A stretch of DNA of 64,000 nt from Rhodothermales bacterium (lineage in GTDB: Bacteria > Bacteroidota > Rhodothermia > Rhodothermales > JANQRZ01), in contig CBDCCX010000006.1 in assembly GCA_965215165.1 (NCBI GenBank), positions 3,417,097 through 3,481,096 of the forward strand. Direction: 5' to 3'. Below are positions 1 to 9,547 of this stretch, piece after piece. Numbering within the stretch: the stretch's first letter is position 1; each line of letters starts with the position of its first letter. The translations under genes and the position numbers were made by a program. The notes below the pieces were generated by a model. That model worked only from the letters and a program-made list of their open reading frames with translations. It was not told where the DNA came from and searched no databases.

Positions 1-35
1 CCGCTCCGGTGGCACCTCGACCGGGTGCACCCCGG

Positions 36-1316
36 TCAGGCCGGCCGGCGCAAGCGGTAGAGCGCCTCGTCCAGCCCCCACAAGCCGAGGCTGAACGCCG
101 TCAGCACGGCGAGCGCCAGCACCGGCTCCCAGATCACGAACCCGCCGACGACACCCAGAATCCCGCCGAGGTACTTGATGTAGTTGAGCTGCTCATTCGA
201 GGTCTTCTTCAGGAGGTTCTCGAGCTGCGCCTCGTCGAAGCCCCGCGCGTTCTCGATGATCATGCTGTAGATGTCCAGTCGCTCGACGAAGCCGAGCACC
301 GTTTTGGTCGCGAACGTCTCGATCTCCTCGCTGCGCGCCTCGACGAGCGCCGGGACGCGGTCGAGGGCCCCGTCGAGGCGGTCGAGGACGGGGTCGAGCG
401 CGCCGGGGATTCCCTGGACGGCCCGCTCGATGCTGCGCTGGAACGCCTCCTCGTTGAGCGAACGGTACGCCTTGAGCGCGAAGCCGCGGACGCCCTGCCC
501 GGCAAAGTCCTCGATCTTCTCCATGACGATCTGCGTGAGCTGCGCCCGCATGGCCTCGGAGCCGAGCACGCTCTCGACGTAGACCGCCGTCAGGTCCTTC
601 AGCTCGTCCCGGAACCCCTCGTCCTCGACCACCGACTTCAGCACGCCCACGGCCTGCTCGCGGTAGCGCCGGATCGCGCCGCTCTCTTCGATCTTGGCCT
701 TGATGATGTCTTCGTTGATTAGCTCCTGCGAGATCGCCTGGGCGAGGCGGAAGATGACGCGCTCGCGCTGCGCCGGAATGAGCCCTTGCGGCACGATGGG
801 GCGTTTCTCGCGCGGCTGGAAGAGCATCGTGATCGCCAGCCAGTTGGTCGCAAACCCGATCAGCCCACTGACGGCCAGGATGCGGAGCAGGCCGCCGAGC
901 GCTAGGTCCCGACCGAAGAGCGTGACGCTCAGACCGGGGAAATCCCACGCGAACGAGACGAGGAAAAGCACGCCGAGGAGCCACGGGATCGTCCGCAGCA
1001 CCGGCAGAACCTGCCCGAGCCGGCCTTTCAGGCGCGGTGGTTCCGGTACGGGCGCGGGCGCGGCCGGTGGGCGCGCCGGGAGGTGGCGGCGGACGTAGCG
1101 CGCGACGAGCAGCCCGAGGTCGTGCGCCCGCCGCCGCGTGACGGCCTTCGCCTCCTCGACCGTCCGCGCGTGCCCGTCGTCCTTCGGCTTGGCGGGGGCG
1201 ACGGCCTCCGGCTCGGCTTCGTCCGGCTCGGTCGGCTCGACGTCCATCGGCTCGATCTCGTCGGGACCGATAATGCCGGGGACGGGCGTGAGGGTGCGGC
1301 GCTTTTTGTCAGTCAT
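36..1316 (-). CDS. DUF445 family membrane protein
   Basis: GLIGFATNWLAITMLF..GLIP N-terminal and LNYIKYLGGILG C-terminal motifs typical of DUF445/YheB. Confidence 0.8.
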   Translation of the reverse strand: MTDKKRRTLTPVPGIIGPDEIEPMDVEPTEPDEAEPEAVAPAKPKDDGHARTVEEAKAVTRRRAHDLGLLVARYVRRHLPARPPAAPAPVPEPPRLKGRLGQVLPVLRTIPWLLGVLFLVSFAWDFPGLSVTLFGRDLALGGLLRILAVSGLIGFATNWLAITMLFQPREKRPIVPQGLIPAQRERVIFRLAQAISQELINEDIIKAKIEESGAIRRYREQAVGVLKSVVEDEGFRDELKDLTAVYVESVLGSEAMRAQLTQIVMEKIEDFAGQGVRGFALKAYRSLNEEAFQRSIERAVQGIPGALDPVLDRLDGALDRVPALVEARSEEIETFATKTVLGFVERLDIYSMIIENARGFDEAQLENLLKKTSNEQLNYIKYLGGILGVVGGFVIWEPVLALAVLTAFSLGLWGLDEALYRLRRPA

Positions 1317-1324
1317 GCCAGCTT

Positions 1325-1894
1325 CTACGCGAACCCGAGCCGTTTGGCTTCACGCTGCATCCCGGCGATGACCGTCTCGATGTGCTCCGTCAGCTCGACC
1401 CCGAGTTCTTCCGCGCCCTGTTGGATGTCGTCGCGGCTGACGGCGGCGGCGAAGCGCTTGTCCTTGAGCTTCTTCTGGACCGACTTCGGCGTCAGCCCCT
1501 CCAGGCCGGTCGGGCGGACGTGGGCTACGGCGATGACGAACCCGGCCAGCTCGTCGACGGCGAAGAGCGTCTTCGCCATCGGCGTCGCGCGCGGCACGCC
1601 GGAGTAGGGCGCGTGCCCGAGGACGGCCGTCCGAATCTCCTCGTCGTAGCCCGCCTCTTCGAGCACCTTCACCCCGACGAACGGGTGCTCCTCCAGCGAC
1701 GGGTGCCGCTCGTAGTCTAGGTCATGCAGCAGCCCGGCGATCCGCCACCGCTCGACGTCCTCGCCAGAGTGCTCGGCGTAGTGGGCCATCGCGGCCTCGA
1801 CGGCGTAGGCGTGCCGGCGGAGGCTGTCCGTCTCGGTCCAGGCGTGGAAGAGGGCGAGCGCGTCGTCGTAACCGGGTTCGGGGTTCGGGGCCAT
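1325..1894 (-). CDS. HDIG-domain metal-dependent phosphohydrolase
   Basis: LRRHAYAVEAAM, GLLHDLDYE, LFAVDELAGF motifs; start re-picked at ATG 1894. Confidence 0.85.
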   Translation of the reverse strand: MAPNPEPGYDDALALFHAWTETDSLRRHAYAVEAAMAHYAEHSGEDVERWRIAGLLHDLDYERHPSLEEHPFVGVKVLEEAGYDEEIRTAVLGHAPYSGVPRATPMAKTLFAVDELAGFVIAVAHVRPTGLEGLTPKSVQKKLKDKRFAAAVSRDDIQQGAEELGVELTEHIETVIAGMQREAKRLGFA

Positions 1895-2036
1895 GAGTTT
1901 GGGCTGGACAGGCTCCCACGCGCGGCGCAACATACGCGACGGCGGCGCGACCCGGCCGTGTCACAGGGGGGCAGTATACTGTCGAAGATAGGCGGTCTGC
2001 GATCTGCGGTCTTTTTATTCAACGAACACAGCGAAC

Positions 2037-3410
2037 GTGGCAAAGCCGAAAACCATCTTCACCTGCCAGGAGTGCGGCCACATCGCCCACCGCTGGATGG
2101 GCAAGTGCCCCGAGTGCGAGGCCTGGAACTCGTTCGTCGAGGAGACCGAGCGCTCGTCGGTCAAGGCCCCCGTCATGCAGATCGTCCCGACCTTCGGGCG
2201 CGGCACGACCGGCAGCAAGGCGCAGCGGATCACCGACGTCGAGGTCGCCGAGCAGCCGCGCTTGGTCACCGGCCTGGCGGAGTTCGACCGGGTGATGGGC
2301 GGCGGGATCATGATGGGCAGCCTGACGCTCGTCGCGGGCGACCCCGGCATCGGCAAGTCGACGCTGATGACCGAGCTGGGGCGGTTCCTGCCGGCGCACA
2401 CCGTGCTCTACGTCACCGGCGAGGAGTCGGCGCGCCAGGTCAAGCTCCGCGCCCAACGCCTCGGCGTCGACACGGGCGAGTTCTTCCTCTTGGCCGAGAC
2501 GAACGTCGAGGAGATCGTCGCCGCCGTCCAGGACATCGGCCCCGACGTCCTCGTGATCGACTCGATCCAGACCGTCTACCGGCCCGACCTGACGAGCGCG
2601 CCCGGCTCGGTCAGCCAGGTCCGGGAGTCGACCGCCGCGCTCCTCAGCCTGACCAAGCAGCTCGCGACCGCGACCTTCCTCGTCGGGCACGTCACCAAGG
2701 CGGGGGCCATCGCCGGGCCGCGCGTCCTCGAGCACATGGTCGATACCGTGATTTATTTCGAGGGCGACCGGCACCACGCCTACCGCATCCTCCGCACCGT
2801 CAAGAACCGCTTCGGCGCGTCGGGCGAGATCGGCCTGTTCGAGATGCGCGAGTCTGGGCTGCGCGAGGTCGAGAACCCGAGCGAGATCTTCCTCTCCGAG
2901 CGGCAGTACGGCGCGAGTGGCTCAGCCATCGTCTGCGCCGTCGAGGGGACGCGCCCGATCCTGTGCGAGATCCAGGCGCTCGTCACCCCGGCGAGCTACG
3001 GCACCCCGCAGCGGACGGCGACGGGCTTCGACCCGAAGCGGCTCCAGATGCTCCTCGCCGTCTTGGAGAAGCGCGAGGGGATGCGGCTCTCGCAGCAGGA
3101 CGTCTTTCTCAACGTCGCCGGCGGGGTTCGCCTCGATGAGCCGGCGGTCGACCTCGGCGTCGCGCTCGCCGTGGCTTCCAGCTTCCGCGACGTGCCGGCC
3201 GACAGCGGGACCGTCGTGATCGGCGAAGTCGGGCTGGGCGGCGAGGTCCGGGCCGTGAGCCGGATCGAGGCGCGCGCGGCCGAGGTGGGCAAGCTCGGGT
3301 TCGAGCAGATCGTGCTCCCGAAGTCGAGCGTCAAGGGCGCGAAGCTCCCCAGCGGCCTCAAGGTGCAGCCCGTCGTCCGGCTCGGCCAAGCGCTCGACGC
3401 GGTGCTCTGA
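2037..3410 (+). CDS. radA: DNA repair protein RadA/Sms
   Basis: CxxC..CxxC zinc finger, Walker A GDPGIGKST, KNRFG motif, Lon-like C-terminus. Confidence 0.97.
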   Translation: MAKPKTIFTCQECGHIAHRWMGKCPECEAWNSFVEETERSSVKAPVMQIVPTFGRGTTGSKAQRITDVEVAEQPRLVTGLAEFDRVMGGGIMMGSLTLVAGDPGIGKSTLMTELGRFLPAHTVLYVTGEESARQVKLRAQRLGVDTGEFFLLAETNVEEIVAAVQDIGPDVLVIDSIQTVYRPDLTSAPGSVSQVRESTAALLSLTKQLATATFLVGHVTKAGAIAGPRVLEHMVDTVIYFEGDRHHAYRILRTVKNRFGASGEIGLFEMRESGLREVENPSEIFLSERQYGASGSAIVCAVEGTRPILCEIQALVTPASYGTPQRTATGFDPKRLQMLLAVLEKREGMRLSQQDVFLNVAGGVRLDEPAVDLGVALAVASSFRDVPADSGTVVIGEVGLGGEVRAVSRIEARAAEVGKLGFEQIVLPKSSVKGAKLPSGLKVQPVVRLGQALDAVL

Positions 3411-3428
3411 AGGACGAAGCGCCCGTCG

Positions 3429-5738
3429 CTAGGCCAGAGCGTTCTCGTGGCCCGAAGAGCCGCAGAAGAGGCACGCGCTCCGCGTGGCCCGCACCATCTC
3501 GGCGACGAAGTCCAGGTCCGGCCCGGCCCCGTCGCGCCGCAGGCCCATCACGTCGATGTCCGACTGCGGGGCCTGCGCTACGCAGTCTTCGAACGGCCCC
3601 ACCATCACCTCGGAGCGCGCCGCTTCGGGGATGCGGGCCAGGTCGCGCAGCTCGTTCAGGTGCTCCCACGCTGCCTGCGCCTCGCCCTCGTCGGGGATGG
3701 CCGTGATGAGGTTCAGCTCGGCGTCCCACGCCTTCGCCAGTCGGAGCGCCGTCAGGATGCCGAGGTTGAGGTCCGAGCGGTCGAGGTAGTCCTGCATCGA
3801 GACGCGCGCCGGCCGGGGGCGGACCCACAGGTTGACGACCTTGCTCATCCCCAGCCCCGCCTCTCCGTGGAGCGCCAGCAGCATCACGCCGACGTCGAGC
3901 CGCCGGGTCTCCTTGACGATGATCCGCAGCTCGTCGTGGCGCTCGGGGTGGTGCGGGAGGTTGAGGAAGAGCACGTTCGGCGCGAAGAACGCGCTCCGCA
4001 GCGCCTGCACGCCGGTCACGATGCCCGTCGTGAAGCCTACCGAGTCGATCACCGCGCTCGTGGTCAGCACGTCGTTCTTGCGGAGCGTCCGGGCGAGGCG
4101 CTCGATGCGCGGCGTGAGGTCGGCGACGGTCTCCGTCGTGGCGACCCCGAGGAGCTTGACCGAGCCCTCGGGCCGGCACACGTCGATCAGCAGGCGGAGC
4201 TCGCCGCGCAGCGTGGCCGGGTCGAGGACCGGGACCAAGAGGCTCGGCTTCCAGGCCCGGCTCGCGGTCATGTCGAGGGCGATCACCTTGCCGGCGGCCC
4301 ACTCGGCGAAGGCCGCGAAGATGCCGCTGCGGACGCTCCCCGTGCGGGGGGCCACGCCGCGCCAGGTGATCCAGAAGTAGATCCCCGCCACGACGGCCAC
4401 GGCCAGCAGCCCGACGACGGGGTTGACGATGAACATCGCGAAGACGCATCCGAGCGCGCCGAAGAGCGGGACCACGCGCGGCAGGTTGAAGGTCGGGCGG
4501 AAGCTCATCAGCCCGAGGCTCGCCTCGGCCAGCATCACCACGTTGATGACGGCGTAGGTGATCAGGAAGAACATCGTGATCATCGGGGCGATCACGTTGA
4601 GGTCGCGCAGGAGCAGCGCCGCTAGGACAATCACACCCGTGACGAGCATTGCGCGGCGCGGCTCGCCGCCCGTCGTCTTCGCCAGCCAACCGCCGGCGGG
4701 CACGAGTCCGTCCTTGCCGAGGGCCTGCATGATCCGCGGCGCGCCGACGAGCGAGGTCAGCGCCGAGGAGAACGTCGCCCCGAGCAGCCCGGCGAGCACC
4801 ACCGGCCCCCAGAGCGCCTTGTCGATCATCACGGTGTAGTTCGAGACCAGCTCCTCGGGCGTCGCGGCGCGCGCGGTCCACACGGCCAGGAGGACGTAGA
4901 TCACGAGCGAGACGCCGATCGCCGAGAGGGTCCCGAGCGGGATGCTCTTGCGCGGGTTCTTGAGCTCGCCCGACATGTTGGCCCCGGCCATGACGCCAGT
5001 TGCGGCCGGGAAGAAGACGGCGAAGACGAGCCAGAAGTTGGTCCCCCGGAACCCGTCCTCGGGCGCGCCGGGGTAGCTCCCCCAATACTGAATCTCGCCG
5101 ACGCCACGGAGAAAGTCCGGCGCGGCGAAGATCGAGACGAGCGAGAGCGCGATCACGGCCATCACCGCGTACTGAATCTTGAACGCGAGGCTCGCCGAGA
5201 GGTAGGCGATCCCGAAGACGACGGCGAAGATCGCGAGGTCCACGACGAGCGCCGGGTGGTCCGGGAAGATCCAGGTCCAGCCCTCCCGGAAGCCGAAGAC
5301 GTACATCGCCACCGCCAGGCCTTGGGAGAGGTAGAGCGGGACGCCGACCGACCCGCCGATCTCGAACCCGAGCGACTTCGAGATGATCGCGTACGGCCCG
5401 CCCGCCCCGAGCCGGGTGTTGGTGGCGATCGACGAGAGCGACAGCCCGGTGCACAGCGTGATGCCGTTTGCGAGCGCGATGATGAGCAGCCCCCCGAGCA
5501 GCCCGGCGTTGCCGACCACCCACCCGAGGCGGAGGTACATGATCACCCCGAGGATCGTCAGCAGCGTCGGGGTGAAGACGCCGGCGAAGGTGCCGAAGAG
5601 CTTCGGGCCCTTCGGGAGCACGATGCCGCCCTCGCCGCCTGGCGGGTCGAGCTCGGTCGAGGGGTCGCCGTCGGTGGGCACAGCGCCTATCGGCGGAGGG
5701 GCGTCGGCGGGGACGCGGGGGGCGTCGGGGTCAGGCAT
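3429..5738 (-). CDS. Cation-chloride cotransporter (SLC12-like) APC family transporter
   Basis: FGTFAGVFTPTLLTILGVIMYLRLGWVVG and FFPAATGVMAGANMSGELKNPRKSIPLGT signatures, ~12 TM plus large cytoplasmic C-terminal domain. Confidence 0.85.
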   Translation of the reverse strand: MPDPDAPRVPADAPPPIGAVPTDGDPSTELDPPGGEGGIVLPKGPKLFGTFAGVFTPTLLTILGVIMYLRLGWVVGNAGLLGGLLIIALANGITLCTGLSLSSIATNTRLGAGGPYAIISKSLGFEIGGSVGVPLYLSQGLAVAMYVFGFREGWTWIFPDHPALVVDLAIFAVVFGIAYLSASLAFKIQYAVMAVIALSLVSIFAAPDFLRGVGEIQYWGSYPGAPEDGFRGTNFWLVFAVFFPAATGVMAGANMSGELKNPRKSIPLGTLSAIGVSLVIYVLLAVWTARAATPEELVSNYTVMIDKALWGPVVLAGLLGATFSSALTSLVGAPRIMQALGKDGLVPAGGWLAKTTGGEPRRAMLVTGVIVLAALLLRDLNVIAPMITMFFLITYAVINVVMLAEASLGLMSFRPTFNLPRVVPLFGALGCVFAMFIVNPVVGLLAVAVVAGIYFWITWRGVAPRTGSVRSGIFAAFAEWAAGKVIALDMTASRAWKPSLLVPVLDPATLRGELRLLIDVCRPEGSVKLLGVATTETVADLTPRIERLARTLRKNDVLTTSAVIDSVGFTTGIVTGVQALRSAFFAPNVLFLNLPHHPERHDELRIIVKETRRLDVGVMLLALHGEAGLGMSKVVNLWVRPRPARVSMQDYLDRSDLNLGILTALRLAKAWDAELNLITAIPDEGEAQAAWEHLNELRDLARIPEAARSEVMVGPFEDCVAQAPQSDIDVMGLRRDGAGPDLDFVAEMVRATRSACLFCGSSGHENALA

Positions 5739-5770
5739 CGGTCACGGGATCGTCTTACGAATCACGGCGC

Positions 5771-6889
5771 TCAGCCGCCGCCCGTCGTATCGGCGGGGCT
5801 TGCTTGCCGCAGGTGCTGAAGCTCCTCGTCGATGAGCTCGCGGAGTTGCCGGCGCAGCACCTCCCGATCCGTCGCCGGGGCAGGAGCCGCCCGGTAGCCC
5901 TCGGCCGCCTCGGGGTTGAGCACGATGAACTCCACGCGGCGGTTGAGCGTGCGGGTCGTCGGGTTCGTGTTGGGCACGATGGGCTGGCTCTCGCCGTAGC
6001 CGTGTGCCTCGATGCGCGCCGGGCCGAGCGTCGGAAAGGCGCGGAGGAGATATTCGCGCACGGCCTCCGCGCGGCGCTGCGAGAGCTGGAGGTTGTAGGC
6101 CTCCGAGCCGATGTCGTCGGTATAGCCGGCGATGGCGATGAACAGGTCGGGGTAGCGCGTGAGCACCTCGCCCACGACGTCGAGCGTCCGCTGGGCCGAG
6201 GGCAGGAGGACCGACCGGTCGAACTCGAAGTTGACCGTGGTGGTGCGGAAGAGGCCGGTCTCGAGGATGGCGCGCTCGACCTCCTCGACCGTCGCCGGGC
6301 CGGCGGACACGCCGAGGCTGGGGGTGCCACCGGTGGGCAGGGATGGAGTCGGGGCCAGGCCCTGCGCCCCTCGCTGCTGAGGAAGCACGAACGTGCCGGG
6401 GGCTTGACCCGACGGTAGGACGTAGCTCGGGCTCCCGCTCGGCGCAGCGTAGGAGGACCGGCCACGGTCGGCTAGGAGGGGGATGAGCTGGCCGAGCTTG
6501 CTGTCGAGGTCCCGGCGCAGCGCGAGCTCCATGCGGAGGAGGTCCACGCGGCTGAGCGGTTCGCCGTCCGCCGCCGCCTCGCGCAGCAGGTCCTCCTCGG
6601 TCAGGTCCTCCGGCAGGGCATCCGACGTGGACCGGCGCGTGCCGGGGCGCGAGCGGATACGAACGCCGCCGGGTTTGCCGGAGCGGAAGTAGAAAACCCC
6701 ACGCCCGTTCGGGAGCGGGACGGTCGTCACCCGGTCGGACAGCCCCACGGGGTAGAGCACGTCGGGCGCGGTCGTCGTGGTCTGCGCCGCGCTGGAGTCG
6801 GGCGGTGCAGTCTGAGCGCGTGCCGTGTTCGTGAGGCCAGGAGCGGCGAGCAGCGCGAGGAGGAGCCAGGGAAGAAGGCGTCGCATCAT
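5771..6889 (-). CDS. Secreted OmpA-like peptidoglycan-binding domain protein
   Basis: Signal peptide (ARA-Q); VNFEFDRS, IAGYTDDIGSEAYNLQLSQRRA, NRRVEF OmpA_C motifs. Confidence 0.9.
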   Translation of the reverse strand: MMRRLLPWLLLALLAAPGLTNTARAQTAPPDSSAAQTTTTAPDVLYPVGLSDRVTTVPLPNGRGVFYFRSGKPGGVRIRSRPGTRRSTSDALPEDLTEEDLLREAAADGEPLSRVDLLRMELALRRDLDSKLGQLIPLLADRGRSSYAAPSGSPSYVLPSGQAPGTFVLPQQRGAQGLAPTPSLPTGGTPSLGVSAGPATVEEVERAILETGLFRTTTVNFEFDRSVLLPSAQRTLDVVGEVLTRYPDLFIAIAGYTDDIGSEAYNLQLSQRRAEAVREYLLRAFPTLGPARIEAHGYGESQPIVPNTNPTTRTLNRRVEFIVLNPEAAEGYRAAPAPATDREVLRRQLRELIDEELQHLRQASPADTTGGG

Positions 6890-7020
6890 GTCAGGAACGG
6901 TCGAGGTCCGGCGGTGGGATAGGACGGCGTGCTCGGCGGCCGGGTGGGCCCCGGACCGCCGAGCGGTGTCGCCGCGCCTCCTGAGTGAGCCTCCGGTGTG
7001 GGGCGGCTCACGGGAGTGGC

Positions 7021-9420
7021 CTACCGGAAGAGGAAGCGGTAGCCGGCGATGAGCCGGTTGAAGTCCCCGAAGCTGGCGGTCTGGAACTCGGTGAAGACGC
7101 GGTTCCGGCCGACGGTGTACTCGGTGCCGATCACGAGGTTGATCGTGAGCCTGGAGCCGGGCAGGTCGTCTTCCTCGTCGTCCCCATCGTCGCTGGAGCC
7201 GCTGTCGTTGAAGCCGAGAATACCGAGGCCGAGACCGGCATACGGAGCGAAGTCGACGTTCGGGCTGGGGAGCGGGAAGGCCGCGTTCACGTTGAGCGCG
7301 AACGAGCGCTCCCCGCCGAAGCCGAGCGTGAACTCGGGGTAGTAGCGGAGGGTGCTGGCCCCGCCGGGGCGGTAGTCCGCGCGAAGGCCGAAGACCGCCT
7401 GGGTCGCTCCCGAGCCGAAGCCGAAGCCCACCACGGGGTAGGCCGCCACGAAGCCGCCGGGCGTCGCGTTGACGACGGCCGACGTCGTGGAGACGACCTC
7501 GCCCTCCGGCGTCACCGCGACGACGTTCGGCTGCGCGGACTGCGACGGCACGACGATGGGCTGGTTGTTCTGCCGAGCCGTGTTCTGCTGGATGATCAGG
7601 TCGCGCAGGTCGTCGATCTCGTCGCTGAGGCGGTCCTCGATGCGGCGTTCCAAGAGCTGCATTTCGGTAGCCGACACGTCGCCGCCGCTCTCCGCGTTGA
7701 GCTGGCGCAGCAGGCGCTCCTCGACGCGGCGCTCGATCTCGGCCACGTCCTCGGTGGTGGCGGCGTCGCCCTGAGCCGCGAGCGACTCGCGCAGCGTCTC
7801 GCGGACGATCTCGCGGAGGTCGGTCTCGGTCGCAGCCCCGCCGCTTGCGGCAGCGGCCACGTCCTCGCCGTCGTAGACGGACTCGATCTGGACCCCGCCG
7901 GGGTCGCCGTAGCGGACGTAGAGCTCGCCCTGCTCGGGGAGCGGGACGGTCACGATGCGGTCGCCCTGCGCGGTGCGGACCTCGCGGCCTACGACGACCG
8001 GCACCCCGGCCGTACCGCCGCCGGTCACGAGGCCGGCACGCCGCTGCTCGGTGGTGAGGCGGGCGACAGCGAGCGAATCGCCCTCGGCCTGCGCTCGGGC
8101 GATCTCGGCTGCGAGCTCGGCCTCGGCGGCCGCGCGTTCGGCCGCGATCTGGCGTTCGAGCTCGGCCTGGGTCACGACCGGGATCGGGGCCGTGACGTCG
8201 CCGCCGAGGCCGAAGGAGACCCCGGCACGGTACTGCGGACTGAGGAAGACGTCCTCGGTCTGGCTGATGTCGCCCTCGTCCTGGGTGCTCATCAGCAGGC
8301 CGCGGACCTCACCGTGGAGCCGGAGCCGGTCGCCGAGCGGGAGTTCGAGGCCGCCGCCGCCGAGCGCGAAGGGCCGGTCCTCGGAGCGCGCGGCGAAGGG
8401 TCCGCCGCCATCGGCCTCGTTGTAGTCGCTGAGCACGTCGAGGTAGCCGGCCCCGAAGGTCAGGAACGGGACGATGCCCTGGCCCGAGGCAAGCCGGAGC
8501 TTGGCGTCGCCGCCGTACATCTGGATCGGCTCGAAGTCCGTCGGGTCGTCGGTGTCCACGCCGCGCGCGAAGAAGCCCCGCAGCCCGACGAGCGGCCCGA
8601 GGTTGACGCCGACCTCGGCCCCGACGAACGACTGGTCGCGGTAGGTGAAGGCATCGTTGAAGTTGACGCGGCTGTAGAACGGCTCGATCTGGAGGCTCAC
8701 GCCGCGCAGCCCGTCCGAGAACTGGTCGAGGAAGGCGCGGTCCACGTCGGAGAGCTCGCCCGGCCGCCGGCCGCCGAGGTAGAGCTGGAGCGCCGCGCGG
8801 AACGAGATGTTGTGGACGAGGGTCTGGTTGAAGTCGTCGAGGGTGAGGTTCGTCTCGGCGAGGTCGCCCGGGGTGAAGAACGTCGTGCCGGGGTTGTAGC
8901 GGTAGGCGAGGTCCTCAGCCTGGAGCGTCAGCGTGTAGCGGTCGGCGAGCGAGACCTGGAGGCCGGCCCCGCCGGTGAGGTAGATGTTGCGGGTCGGCTC
9001 CTTGTCCTCGACGTCGAAGCGGATGAGGCCGGCCCCGGCGGTGAGGAACGGGATGAGCGAGCCGCTCCCGAGGTTCAGCTTGAGCTCGCCGCCGTAGCGC
9101 TGGAGGTCTACCCCGCGCGGGTCGAGCGAGGTCAGCATCGAGTCGAGCTCGGCGTCCTCGATCCCGGAGAAGTCCGAGAAGTCCGTCTCGAAGTCGGAGC
9201 CGAAGAGGTAGAGCCCAGTGAGCTCGACGTACTCGCCGAAGCTGAGCCCGACGCCCCCGCCGTAGAGGAAGCCGTCGTCGAGGGCGGCGTCGCCGTCCCA
9301 CCGCACGTAGCTGCCGGACGGGACGAGGCGGTAGCCGACGCCGGAGACCTGGGCCGCTGCATCGGCAGCGAGCAGGCTCAGGCAGGCAGCCACGAGAGGG
9401 AGGAGGCGGAGGTGTTTCAT
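7021..9420 (-). CDS. Multi-domain outer membrane beta-barrel protein (three OmpA/OmpW-like barrels with coiled-coil linker)
   Basis: Signal peptide AAA-Q; two tandem repeats of amphipathic beta strands (IPFLTAGAG / VPFLTFGAG), helical charged linker, third barrel ending AGYRFLFR. Confidence 0.7.
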   Translation of the reverse strand: MKHLRLLPLVAACLSLLAADAAAQVSGVGYRLVPSGSYVRWDGDAALDDGFLYGGGVGLSFGEYVELTGLYLFGSDFETDFSDFSGIEDAELDSMLTSLDPRGVDLQRYGGELKLNLGSGSLIPFLTAGAGLIRFDVEDKEPTRNIYLTGGAGLQVSLADRYTLTLQAEDLAYRYNPGTTFFTPGDLAETNLTLDDFNQTLVHNISFRAALQLYLGGRRPGELSDVDRAFLDQFSDGLRGVSLQIEPFYSRVNFNDAFTYRDQSFVGAEVGVNLGPLVGLRGFFARGVDTDDPTDFEPIQMYGGDAKLRLASGQGIVPFLTFGAGYLDVLSDYNEADGGGPFAARSEDRPFALGGGGLELPLGDRLRLHGEVRGLLMSTQDEGDISQTEDVFLSPQYRAGVSFGLGGDVTAPIPVVTQAELERQIAAERAAAEAELAAEIARAQAEGDSLAVARLTTEQRRAGLVTGGGTAGVPVVVGREVRTAQGDRIVTVPLPEQGELYVRYGDPGGVQIESVYDGEDVAAAASGGAATETDLREIVRETLRESLAAQGDAATTEDVAEIERRVEERLLRQLNAESGGDVSATEMQLLERRIEDRLSDEIDDLRDLIIQQNTARQNNQPIVVPSQSAQPNVVAVTPEGEVVSTTSAVVNATPGGFVAAYPVVGFGFGSGATQAVFGLRADYRPGGASTLRYYPEFTLGFGGERSFALNVNAAFPLPSPNVDFAPYAGLGLGILGFNDSGSSDDGDDEEDDLPGSRLTINLVIGTEYTVGRNRVFTEFQTASFGDFNRLIAGYRFLFR

Positions 9421-9547
9421 CGGAGGCGGGAGTTCAGATTGGAGAGGTGGGGCCGGAGGGCGCAGGCGTACTCCACCCGTGCGGCGCTCGGCGGCCGTCG
9501 AAGAGAAGGGACGAAACCGTACTGGTCGGGGAACGGAGAGGGCCGCG

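Noticed and set aside
1960-2036. Possible LexA box upstream of radA (CAGTATACTG palindrome, GAAC repeats)
   Set aside because: Spacing matches no LexA consensus I know; TATACT is more simply a -10 element
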